Shown: one piece after another, positions 18,504-27,647 of the stretch | How positions within the stretch are numbered: position 1 is the stretch's first letter | Layout: every line of letters begins with the position of its first letter | Source of the DNA: a virus | IMG/VR virus record: IMGVR_UViG_3300032020_000845 | Span: 42,980-106,979 of that record | Reading direction: 5' to 3' (one strand) | Length of the DNA: 64,000 nt | The notes under the pieces: generated by a model | Databases searched by the model: none | The model's input: the letters and a program-made list of their open reading frames with translations, nothing else | Told to the model about the DNA's origin: nothing | Position numbers and translations under genes: made by a program

Positions 18504-19641
18504 GATTATGAAAATTAAAAAATTACAAATTAAGAATTTTCAATCTCATAAAGACACAACTTTAGCATTTGATGAGGGATTGAATGTTATAGTTGGATCT
18601 ACCAATACTGGAAAATCTGCTATTTTAAGGGCTTTGAAAAAGGTGATAAGAGACACTCCAAGTGGAAATAATTTTGTGAATGTAGATGAGAAAGAATGTG
18701 TTATTAATGTTACAACCGAAAATGATACTATAACACGTAGGATCGCCGTGTCTTCTAATGGAGATACTAAGACAAATGAGTATATTTTGAATGGTGTGCT
18801 GTTTGCTAAGTTTGGAAAAGAAGTTCCTATTGAGATTATAAATGCATTAAGAATGTCTGAAATTGATTTTGATACAATTAAATTGGATTTAAATTTTGCA
18901 GATCAACTCGAAGGTCCTTTTTTATTGACATCTCCTCCTTCTTTAAAAGCAAAAGTTTTAGGAAAGTTAACTGGCGTTGACGTTTTAGACCGTTCTATTA
19001 TTCAGACAAATAAATATTTGAGACAATTGTCTGGAGAAATTAAAAATTATACTGGAGAAATACAAAAATTAGAAAAAGAGTTGTCTGAGTTTATTGATAT
19101 ACAAAAATGTGATGAAGAGTTAAATAATTTAAAACAGTTACTAAATAAAGTTGAACAAGATATTTTGTTGTTAGAAAAATTGCAAATTCTAAAGCTTAAT
19201 TTAGATGCTGTAGTAACACAAGGTAAACGAGTTAAAAAAGATGTTGAAAAACTTGGAATAGTTGATACGATTACTTTTGATGATATTGAAAAGACTTTTG
19301 TTTTATTTCAAAAAACAAATGATTTAAATGTTCAGATAAAGGATATTGATATTAAAGAAAAACGATTACAAATTGAGTTAGAACGTTTTCAGAGTATTCA
19401 AGAAATTGATTTTAGTGTTGTTGAATCTGTTGTGGTTCAGTTAGAAAGAACTGTTAGTTTAGAAAATGAGTTAGTAATTTTTGATGAAATAAAAACTTGT
19501 GAGAAGGGCATTGAAAATTTAAATATGCTTATCGGAACAAAAGTTAAAGAATTAAAAATGTTTTTAGAAATACTAAAAGTTTGTCCAACTTGTGGGCAAG
19601 AGTTATCCAATAATGTTATAAATGAAATAGTAAAGGAGTAA
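18502..19641 (+). CDS. sbcC: SbcC/Rad50 ATPase, N-terminal half
   Basis: KNFQSH, Walker A GSTNTGKS, Q-loop DQLEGPFLL, coiled coil, Zn hook CPTCG near the end; no Walker B. Confidence 0.85.
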   Translation: MIMKIKKLQIKNFQSHKDTTLAFDEGLNVIVGSTNTGKSAILRALKKVIRDTPSGNNFVNVDEKECVINVTTENDTITRRIAVSSNGDTKTNEYILNGVLFAKFGKEVPIEIINALRMSEIDFDTIKLDLNFADQLEGPFLLTSPPSLKAKVLGKLTGVDVLDRSIIQTNKYLRQLSGEIKNYTGEIQKLEKELSEFIDIQKCDEELNNLKQLLNKVEQDILLLEKLQILKLNLDAVVTQGKRVKKDVEKLGIVDTITFDDIEKTFVLFQKTNDLNVQIKDIDIKEKRLQIELERFQSIQEIDFSVVESVVVQLERTVSLENELVIFDEIKTCEKGIENLNMLIGTKVKELKMFLEILKVCPTCGQELSNNVINEIVKE

Positions 19642-20000
19642 AATGAGATTCAAAAAATTATTAATTCATGAAGTTTATACTGTAGGTGCTTTGGAAAGTA
19701 GTAATTTTGAGGTGAGAACTATTATAGGAAGAAAAAGTTTTGCAAAAAATCATTATGTTAAATATGTAAATATTATTGGAGAGTCTAAAATAATAAAATG
19801 GAAAAGTTTTCAAAAATGGATTCATAGAAAATCAGTTAAGTGGCTAGGATTTTATAATTCTAAAAAGAAAATATTTATAACTTTAACAAAACTTGCTGAA
19901 CTTATGGTAAAACCTATAACTAGATCCTTTGATTATTATAGTATGTGTAAAAATTTAGTAATAGTAATTCCTATGGAAAATCAAGAAAATGAGGTAAAAA

Positions 20001-20225
20001 ATGAGAGAAGATAAGAAAAGAAAACCAAAAAAGACTTTTACAAAGAAACGAGGATTACTTTGCATGGTTTGTAGAAGTGTAATTTGTTCTTGGGAACGTC
20101 ATGATTTTCGTGCTTGTGTGTGCGGTGCAATTTTTGTTGATGGTGGCGATGACTATTTTCGGTGTGGAGGGACTGGAATAGAAAATCGTGAATATAAGGA
20201 CGTAATTGTTCAATTTTTAAAGTAA
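20001..20225 (+). CDS. Small Zn-binding phage protein
   Basis: C-x2-C...RHDF-x2-C-x-CG...VDGG. Confidence 0.55.
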   Translation: MREDKKRKPKKTFTKKRGLLCMVCRSVICSWERHDFRACVCGAIFVDGGDDYFRCGGTGIENREYKDVIVQFLK

Positions 20226-20544
20226 AATATAAAAGGAGTAAAAATGAGAATTGAATTAAAAGAATCTGAAAAATTATATCCTTTAGGAACTGAGGATTTA
20301 GATACTACTCTTCACTTAACTACTTGGATAGGAACCGGGACAATGAAATGGTTTTTTGCAGTTATGGTAGGAGATGCATTTTCTCGTCCTTATTGGGACG
20401 ATTCTAAACGTTCAAATACAACCCCTGTCCATAAGGTTTTAGCAATTTTTGATAATAAAGAAGAAGCAAGAAGTTTTATGTTGAATAATATACAACCAGA
20501 TATTTATTTGAGTTTTGGATGGATAATAACAGACGAAAAAGAAA

Positions 20545-21153
20545 ATGCAAATACTGTCGAAAAAAAGTAAAGAAAACGTTTTTGAAAAAGCTTTGTCTTT
20601 AATTCAAGATAAAGAAAAACGAAATTGGGTTAAAAAGGTATTAACTACTTTTCCTGAGTATTTTTGGACTCAAGCAGCTAGTACTACTGGAAAATATCAT
20701 CCCAATTGTGTTAATGTTAAAAGCGGTTTATTAATTCATACAAAAAGGGTAACGTGGTTTGCTCTTATATTTATTCGGGCATTTGGTCTTGAATCCTTAG
20801 ATCAAGATGATATTATTGCTGCTTGCATTTTACACGATGGATGGAAAGGAGGAAAAGGATGTGGAGAAAGAACTACAAGTTATCAAAATTATTTAGATCA
20901 TCCAATATTAGTTGAAAAATTTTATAGGCAATCTTTTCCGGAAGAAAAACTAGAAAATTGGCAACAAAGAATTTTTGATTTAATAAAATATCATATGGGA
21001 CCTTGGACGCCAGATTTAGTAAAGAAACCTTTAGAAAAATATTCGATTCTAGAACTTAGTATATATTTAGCTGACTATTTTGCTTCGCGAAAAGAATTGA
21101 GAACAAAAGTGGATAGTTTTGGGGATTTAAAATTAGAATATGAGGATGTTTAA
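20545..21153 (+). CDS. HD-domain phosphohydrolase
   Basis: ASTTGKYHP, GLLIH, LHDG, HMG, ADY motifs. Confidence 0.8.
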   Translation: MQILSKKSKENVFEKALSLIQDKEKRNWVKKVLTTFPEYFWTQAASTTGKYHPNCVNVKSGLLIHTKRVTWFALIFIRAFGLESLDQDDIIAACILHDGWKGGKGCGERTTSYQNYLDHPILVEKFYRQSFPEEKLENWQQRIFDLIKYHMGPWTPDLVKKPLEKYSILELSIYLADYFASRKELRTKVDSFGDLKLEYEDV

Positions 21154-21465
21154 ATGAATATAATTTGGTTATTGTTCGCACACTATATTGGAGACATAGC
21201 ATTACAAAGCGATTGGCAGGCGCAGAATAAGGGTAAGTATTGGTATGTAATGTTGTCCCACTGCATGATTTGGACTGCTTGTATTTCGGTTGCCCTCCAA
21301 TATTTTGGGATTTTTGCTTTTTGGAAAGTGATATTTCTTTTAGCGGGACATTGGATTTCTGATTCTTGGAAATCTAAAAAACCAAAAACACCAGATTGTT
21401 GGTGGTATATTTATCCAGATCAACTATTCCATATAATTCAATGCATTATAGTTTATTTATTTTGA
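21154..21465 (+). CDS. DUF3307-like membrane protein
   Basis: AHYIGDIALQ, H, H-x2-SD, DQ-x2-H motifs. Confidence 0.7.
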   Translation: MNIIWLLFAHYIGDIALQSDWQAQNKGKYWYVMLSHCMIWTACISVALQYFGIFAFWKVIFLLAGHWISDSWKSKKPKTPDCWWYIYPDQLFHIIQCIIVYLF

Positions 21466-21478
21466 AAGGTAATTTAAA

Positions 21479-22192
21479 ATGATAACAAGAGTATTTGCTA
21501 TTTCTGATTTGCATTTATCATTTGGATGTCATAATGCAAAACCTATGACTCGATTCGGACCTCTTTGGGAAGGGCATCCTGATATTATAAGAGAACATTG
21601 GGAAAGAACTGTTGGTAAAGATGATTTAGTATTATTGCCAGGAGATATATCTTGGGCAAATAAAATAAGGGATGCAATGCCAGATTTATTGTGGTTAGAT
21701 AGTTTACCTGGACAAAAACTTTTAATAAAAGGAAATCACGATTATTGGCTTAAAGATAATATTGAACATAATAATGAATTGCCTCCAAGTATTCATATTT
21801 TGAGAACTTCGTTTATGTATGGCGGTGTTTATGTATTTGGAACTAGAGGATGGAAATCTTTTGAAGAATTGGAATCTGATAAAGATAAAAAAGTTTGGGA
21901 AAGAGAGTTGTATAAACTTTTATTTTCCTTTACAGAAGTTAGTAAAATGGCAACTTCTGGTATCTTGATGTTACACTTTCCTCCTTTTACAAAAAATAAA
22001 ATGGGAACACTTTGGTGGGATTTAATAAAAGAAAGAATGATACCTTCTTTTAATATAACAGATTGTGTTTATGGGCACTTTCACCAAGAAGACCAATTAC
22101 AGGCTTTTGAAGGAGAAAGAGAAGGAATAAATTTTCACTTTGTTAGTTGTGATTTTCTTAAATTTTGCCCTAAGTTAATTTTGGAGAGATAA
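21479..22192 (+). CDS. Calcineurin-like metallophosphoesterase
   Basis: SDLH, GDISW, GNHDYW, HFPP, YGHFH. Confidence 0.85.
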   Translation: MITRVFAISDLHLSFGCHNAKPMTRFGPLWEGHPDIIREHWERTVGKDDLVLLPGDISWANKIRDAMPDLLWLDSLPGQKLLIKGNHDYWLKDNIEHNNELPPSIHILRTSFMYGGVYVFGTRGWKSFEELESDKDKKVWERELYKLLFSFTEVSKMATSGILMLHFPPFTKNKMGTLWWDLIKERMIPSFNITDCVYGHFHQEDQLQAFEGEREGINFHFVSCDFLKFCPKLILER

Positions 22193-23151
22193 TGACAAAA
22201 ATTCTTTATTTTGGAGATTCTCATATAAGAGGCAATAACCCTTGTAGCCGTAAAGACGATTATCCGAATGCTTTAAAGGCAAAATTTTGTGAAATAACTA
22301 ATTTAATTAAGGATAAAAAAATTGATTGTGTTTTGTGTGGTGGAGATTTATTTAATTCTCCAGATGTTTCAAAAGCAATTATTTCTGAGTATATAAAAAT
22401 ATTTAAACAATGGAAAGTTCCATTTTTAACTGTAATAGGATCGCATGATTATCTGGGTTACCAACTAAATACAATTTTGAGATCTGCATTAGGTGTTTTG
22501 GACGCGGCAGAGATTGTGTATATTCTTGATAAAGAAAGGGGATATAGATTGACTGACAAGGTTACTATAAAGGGAATACATCATTCATATAATCTTGACT
22601 TAAACCCTAAAAATTACTTTGTGAAAAAAGATACAAATGGTATTTTAATAGAAGTGGTACATGGAATGGTTGTTGACAAACCTTTTTTTGATGAATATAC
22701 TTTGATAAAGGATATTAAAACTGAAGCAGATGTGATGCTTTGTGCTCATTATCATCCAGGATGGGAATCACAAAAGGTAAATAATGCTTTGTTTATAAAT
22801 CCAGGATCTTTGGGGCGTGTTGAGAATATTGAAAGAGTTTTTCCTCCGTCTGTTGTTATTTTGGATGTAGGAGAACAAATAGATTATGAAATTATTCCTT
22901 TGAAGTGTGCCTCTCCTTCTGAAACTATTTTTAAAAATGTTACTAAATTAGGTTCAGAAATGTCAGAAAAGATTTTAGAATTTATGAAAACTCTTTCAAA
23001 CAGAACTGGAGATTTGGAAAGACAAGATGCTAAAAGTTTAGTATTAAAAATAGCAAAAGAAGAAAAAGTTGATGAAAAAGTTATAGAGGAAGCAATTAAT
23101 ATAATTGATGGAGTTATGTTTGATGAATCAGGAATTAGAACATTTAATTGA
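22192..23151 (+). CDS. sbcD: SbcD/Mre11 nuclease
   Basis: GDSH, GGDLF, GSHD, HG, AHYH, NPGSLGR. Confidence 0.85.
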   Translation: MTKILYFGDSHIRGNNPCSRKDDYPNALKAKFCEITNLIKDKKIDCVLCGGDLFNSPDVSKAIISEYIKIFKQWKVPFLTVIGSHDYLGYQLNTILRSALGVLDAAEIVYILDKERGYRLTDKVTIKGIHHSYNLDLNPKNYFVKKDTNGILIEVVHGMVVDKPFFDEYTLIKDIKTEADVMLCAHYHPGWESQKVNNALFINPGSLGRVENIERVFPPSVVILDVGEQIDYEIIPLKCASPSETIFKNVTKLGSEMSEKILEFMKTLSNRTGDLERQDAKSLVLKIAKEEKVDEKVIEEAINIIDGVMFDESGIRTFN

Positions 23152-23797
23152 AACTAATAAAATTGCTATGGATTACTTTCAACAACAGTTGAAGGACTCT
23201 ATGGAGGCATTAGAATATCTTCAAAAGCGAAATATTAATGAAGAAATGATTGATCTTTTTAAATTAGGATATGCTCCTTTAGAATCTCGATATGAATGGT
23301 TTTTGAGTAATCGTTTAGTTTTTCCATTTTTTGATATTTATGGTGATCCTGTAGGTTTTGTTGGAAGAACTTTTTCTGGAGAAGACCCAAAATATATAAA
23401 TTCAAAAGAATCGCCAATTTTTCAAAAAAGTAGAATGTTATATGGATTATTTCAAACTCAAGAGTCAATAGAAAGATTAGGATATGTTATTTTGGTTGAA
23501 GGACAATTTGATGTTTTGAGGCTATTTCAGGAAGGTATTATTAATGTTGCAGGTTTGGGAGGATCCTCTTTTACTATAGATCAAGCAAGATTAGTGTGTC
23601 GTTATATAAATAAGGTAGTTACTGTTTTTGATTCTGATACTGCTGGAAAAAAAGTAGCAAAAAAAGCAGTTATTAATTTACAAGGAATAGGTGTAAATGT
23701 TAAAAACGTTGAGTTGCCTGAAGGAGAAGATCCTGATAGTTTTGTATTGAAATATGGTAAAGAAAAGTTTTTAAGTTTAGTTAAGGAGGAAAAATAA
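23105..23797 (+). CDS. dnaG: DnaG-type primase catalytic core (Toprim) lacking the Zn-binding domain
   Basis: YLQKR, LGYAP, RLVFP, GR, PKYINS, VEGQFDV, FDSDTAG, DPD. Confidence 0.88.
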   Translation: MMELCLMNQELEHLIETNKIAMDYFQQQLKDSMEALEYLQKRNINEEMIDLFKLGYAPLESRYEWFLSNRLVFPFFDIYGDPVGFVGRTFSGEDPKYINSKESPIFQKSRMLYGLFQTQESIERLGYVILVEGQFDVLRLFQEGIINVAGLGGSSFTIDQARLVCRYINKVVTVFDSDTAGKKVAKKAVINLQGIGVNVKNVELPEGEDPDSFVLKYGKEKFLSLVKEEK

Positions 23798-24031
23798 AAT
23801 GACATATTTATTATTTCAGATTTACGATGATACTGGAAAAACCAAAGCTTGGAATGTTATTAATAATGAAAGTGGTGATTGTTTAGGTTTTATCAGATGG
23901 TATGGGGCTTGGAGAAAATATTGCTTTTTCCCGCATGAAGATACAGTTTTTTGTTCAAAATGTTTATCGGAAATAGTAAGTTTTATGCAAGACCAAATGA
24001 AATTAAGGAATAGAGAAAGGAGTAAAAAATA

Positions 24032-24280
24032 ATGAATAGTGAAGAAAAGTTAAAAAAATTAAAAACAGAAGTTGAGAAATTAAAAACTGATAAAATACGC
24101 AAAGAAGAGCAATTAAAGAATTTAAGACAGAAGCGTGATGAGATAGTTACAGAGATTACGACATTAGGTTATACCCCAGAAAATTTACCGGATGAAAGTG
24201 AAAAACTTAAAAATTCAATAAAGTCTCAACTATCTGAAATTGAATCTAAAATATTACAAGGACTTGTAAATGAAGAATAA
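24032..24280 (+). CDS. Short coiled-coil protein, probable middle piece of split SbcC
   Basis: Helical heptads, LGYTPENL hinge; overlaps the start of the SbcC C-terminal ORF. Confidence 0.5.
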   Translation: MNSEEKLKKLKTEVEKLKTDKIRKEEQLKNLRQKRDEIVTEITTLGYTPENLPDESEKLKNSIKSQLSEIESKILQGLVNEE

Positions 24281-24914
24281 ATTTGGACAATTAAAAAGTT
24301 CTTTTGATGTTGAAGTTTTAAAATTGGAACGTATCAAAGGACGTTACGAAGAAAAAAAGAAAACTCTTGAAAATATTACTTCTAAACTTAAAGAAGATGA
24401 AGAAAGAGTAGAGATTTATAAAAATGTTCTTCTTTTGTTTGAAAAAGCAAGTGTTGTCGCTCGTAGAAAAATTAAAGATGAAATAGAACTATTAATTACG
24501 CATGGCCTTCAGTCCGTGTTCGAAGATCCAGGTATTGCGTTTAAAGTTGAGTTTGTGAGTCGTCGAAACCAAATAGAAGCAGATTTTTATTTGGAGTGGA
24601 TTGAACAGGAAAAAAAGATTCGAGGTAATATTGTAGATTCATTCGGGGGAGGTATTGTAGATATAATTTCTTTAGTTTTAAGACTTGTAGTATTAGAACT
24701 CTCTGGAACTCTAGGCCCTTTGTTCTTAGATGAACCTGGTAAAATGCTGTCAGAACAGTATATTCCAAATTTTGGTAATTTCTTAGTTGAACTAAGTAAA
24801 ACATTTGGTAGACAAATAATTTTAATTACTCATGATGAATTGCTTTCTGCATATGCCTCGAAGACGTTTGTTGTTAGTTTAGATGAAAAAGGGGAGAGTG
24901 TTGTAAATGGCTAA
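24270..24914 (+). CDS. sbcC: SbcC/Rad50 ATPase, C-terminal half
   Basis: Signature-like SFGGG, Walker B LFLDEP, H-loop LITH. Confidence 0.85.
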   Translation: MKNKFGQLKSSFDVEVLKLERIKGRYEEKKKTLENITSKLKEDEERVEIYKNVLLLFEKASVVARRKIKDEIELLITHGLQSVFEDPGIAFKVEFVSRRNQIEADFYLEWIEQEKKIRGNIVDSFGGGIVDIISLVLRLVVLELSGTLGPLFLDEPGKMLSEQYIPNFGNFLVELSKTFGRQIILITHDELLSAYASKTFVVSLDEKGESVVNG

Positions 24915-25329
24915 AAGGAATACAATTTTTAAGCAGTTCGAAGAACAAGTGGGTCAGTGGTTTGGCGTTCACAGAAATCCATTGTCTGGGCAAAATAATA
25001 GAGACGATAGTGGTAAAAAACGTTTGGGAGATATCCTTTACAAGTTTGTAGCAGTAGAAGGAAAAACAAGACGTAAAAATTCTGTTATTAGTAGAGCATA
25101 TGAAACTAAAAAATTAGCAGAAAAACATAATAAACAATGGTTACATTTTGAACGTTTAGTTGGTGATACTAAGACTATTATTACTGTTTGTGATGAATCG
25201 TTAGTGATTAAGTTTGTAAAATTGCTAAATCTTCTATTTCAAGACGAAAAATTTGCAAGTGAAGTTATTGATTTAATAGAACAAAGATTGGAGGAGATAA
25301 AGAAAAATGAGGATTCCAATAATAAGTAA
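24907..25329 (+). CDS. PD-(D/E)xK nuclease, Holliday-junction resolvase-like
   Basis: FEEQV...R-x-PLSG...GDI...VEGK. Confidence 0.6.
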   Translation: MAKRNTIFKQFEEQVGQWFGVHRNPLSGQNNRDDSGKKRLGDILYKFVAVEGKTRRKNSVISRAYETKKLAEKHNKQWLHFERLVGDTKTIITVCDESLVIKFVKLLNLLFQDEKFASEVIDLIEQRLEEIKKNEDSNNK

Positions 25330-25700
25330 TTGGATTGACAAACAAATAGAACAAAAAATAAAAGAGCAAAAGGATTTGTTAACTAGCTTTTCTGAGCAGT
25401 CGCGTGATATTATTTTACAAGATGACGAATTATTGAGTGCAATGGCAAAACAAAGAGTTCTTTTATTAAGACAGAATAGGAAACCAATTGCAATTTTTAT
25501 TAGTGAAAAAACCTTTGATATGATTATATCGAAGATAGCTATTCCTATTATTTATGATAAAATTTATAGTTCAATAGAAAAGATAAAGGAAGGCAGGATT
25601 CCAGTGACCGATATTGCAAAAATACCTGTTTATGTTAATCCTTTATTGAAAGATGCTATGTTATTTGTTGTAGGCGCAATAGTTTGGAAAAGTTTTAATA

Positions 25701-27116
25701 ATGGAGAAGAAAATGGATAACAGTAGGAAAGACAGAAAGCTTGTAGATTCTTTTTTAATTGAGTATGAAGAAGTACTTAAAAGAGTAAAGAATGAAGATA
25801 ATATAGAAAGGGAAGTAGCTAAGTTTTTGGGTATTTCTGTTGAAAAACTTTTTCAAATAAGTCAGAACTATCCAAAATTTAAATTGCCTTTTATATGTTC
25901 TTCCCTTCCAAAAATATTACAAGAAAAAGGTTTTGAAATTGCCTCTGTAGTTTTTTGTACTTATCATGGTATTAGAAGTGCTACACGGCAATTGGTTGAA
26001 ATCGATCTTGATAAAACTGTTGAAGTCGTTACTTTGGGTCAATACTTCGTAACAAAAAAAGATGAAAAGTTTGTTGTTTCAGTAGATTTTGAAAGCAATA
26101 TGTTTGTGGGTTGGATTTATGTTTATTCAAATGAAAAAAATAAGGAAGGGGCTTCTCAAGTTATTACCGATTTGGATTTATGGCTCCAACAGAACAATTT
26201 TCTAAAAGGAAAAAAAATTACTTCTTTTGGGAAATTTTTGAAATTAAAAAAATATAGTTGGGAAGATATAATTTTTTCGGAACAATTAGAGACAGAAATA
26301 AAACGAAATATTGAGAAATATTTATTAAATTTTAAAATATATTGTGAGAATGGTCTCCCAACGAAACGGGGAATTTTATTAGCGGGTCCTCCAGGTATAG
26401 GTAAAACTCTTTTAGGAAAAGTTTTAGCATCTACAATTAAGAACACTACTTTTATTTGGGTTACTCCTAAAAGTTATAATCCTAATCACGATTATATTAA
26501 TATGTTATTTGACTTGGCAATAGAAACCGCTCCTACTATATTATTTATGGAAGATGTTGATTTTTATGGTACAAGCAGATCTAATGGAAATAATTCATTT
26601 GTTCTTGGGGAATTTTTAAATAAAGTTGATGGTCTTGTAGAAAATGAGGGTGTTTTAATTATAATGACTACAAATTATCCAGAACTGCTTGACAAAGCTA
26701 TAAAAGAGAGGCCAGGAAGATTTGATAGATTAATAACAATCCCTTTTCCTGAAAGTAAGGAACGTTTGAAAATGCTTAAACGTTTTTGTAAAGATTTAAG
26801 GGTCTTTCCTAATGTAGATTGGGAAAGTATTGTAGTTTCCACTGATAGATTTACTGGAGCCTTTTTGAAAGAGCTTGTTATAACGGCAGCGGGCCTTGCT
26901 ATCGATGAAGGTTCTTTAAATAAAGATGGAAAAGTTATTTTGAAACAAGAGTATTTTGATTCTGCTATTAAAATTTTGAAAGAATATAGTGAAATGCAAA
27001 CAAAAAAGACTGTAGGATTTGGGAATACTCAAGATTCTGAAGAACTTTGTGAAGAAGCCGTATACCCAACTGAAAAGGGTGATTTTTATAAAATGGATAC
27101 TGGAGAAATAGAATGA
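25701..27116 (+). CDS. AAA+ ATPase
   Basis: RGILLAGPPGIGKT, FMEDVD, TTNYPELLD-x-A, RPGRFD. Confidence 0.9.
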   Translation: MEKKMDNSRKDRKLVDSFLIEYEEVLKRVKNEDNIEREVAKFLGISVEKLFQISQNYPKFKLPFICSSLPKILQEKGFEIASVVFCTYHGIRSATRQLVEIDLDKTVEVVTLGQYFVTKKDEKFVVSVDFESNMFVGWIYVYSNEKNKEGASQVITDLDLWLQQNNFLKGKKITSFGKFLKLKKYSWEDIIFSEQLETEIKRNIEKYLLNFKIYCENGLPTKRGILLAGPPGIGKTLLGKVLASTIKNTTFIWVTPKSYNPNHDYINMLFDLAIETAPTILFMEDVDFYGTSRSNGNNSFVLGEFLNKVDGLVENEGVLIIMTTNYPELLDKAIKERPGRFDRLITIPFPESKERLKMLKRFCKDLRVFPNVDWESIVVSTDRFTGAFLKELVITAAGLAIDEGSLNKDGKVILKQEYFDSAIKILKEYSEMQTKKTVGFGNTQDSEELCEEAVYPTEKGDFYKMDTGEIE

Positions 27117-27382
27117 CAAAAAGAATAAAAGATAAATTTGATGGTTGGAAAGTGCTTGACAATGAAAAGCTTAAAGAACGTAGACAACAAATGAAACCTC
27201 CCTATAACATTAAGAGACGTATGGCAAAAGAGTTAGGGATAGACCCAAATCTTCTCAAAAAATACGAAGAGTTACAAATATTTCCTTCATTAGACACTTT
27301 TAAAAAATTGTGTCTATTTCTTCAATTATCCGCCGATGAACTGCTTGGGCTTGAAATAATAGATGACGACTCTGTAGACTAA
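27113..27382 (+). CDS. XRE-family HTH protein
   Basis: MAKELGI...YE...PSLDT...LC...SADELLG. Confidence 0.75.
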   Translation: MTKRIKDKFDGWKVLDNEKLKERRQQMKPPYNIKRRMAKELGIDPNLLKKYEELQIFPSLDTFKKLCLFLQLSADELLGLEIIDDDSVD

Positions 27383-27444
27383 AGTCTATTTTGCTTTCAA
27401 TTTTTTTGTCAATCTCTATAATAGTAATAGAAGTAATGATTTAG

Positions 27445-27470
27445 TAGGCTTGGAAACAGGTCTATTTTTG
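27445..27470 (+). terminator. Terminator-like hairpin between the replication and packaging regions
   Basis: TAGGCTTG-GAAA-CAGGTCTA (two G-U pairs) followed by TTTTT. Confidence 0.55.
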
Positions 27471-27486
27471 TATTTTTGGAGGAAAG

Positions 27487-27621
27487 ATGTTAAAAAAGAG
27501 AGCAAAAGGTACTCGAACTTTACTGAAATGTGAAAAGTGTGGGAAAAAAGTTTCTACTCTTTATGATGGTAACGATGGGAAAAAAGTTTGTGCCCAATGT
27601 CTTGAAAATAGTGGAAAATAA
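27487..27621 (+). CDS. 44-aa zinc-finger protein
   Basis: SD GGAGG; MLKKRAKG...CEKC...CAQC. Confidence 0.55.
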   Translation: MLKKRAKGTRTLLKCEKCGKKVSTLYDGNDGKKVCAQCLENSGK

Positions 27622-27647
27622 TTTTATTGAAATAACGGAGGTAAGAT

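Noticed and set aside
1-27382. Cellular (bacterial or archaeal) chromosome origin, suggested by recA, rnhB, dnaG and que genes
   Set aside because: Terminase, lysis genes, UDG-PolA, single-strand gene orientation, many tiny ORFans and the absence of ribosomal or core metabolic operons indicate a phage.
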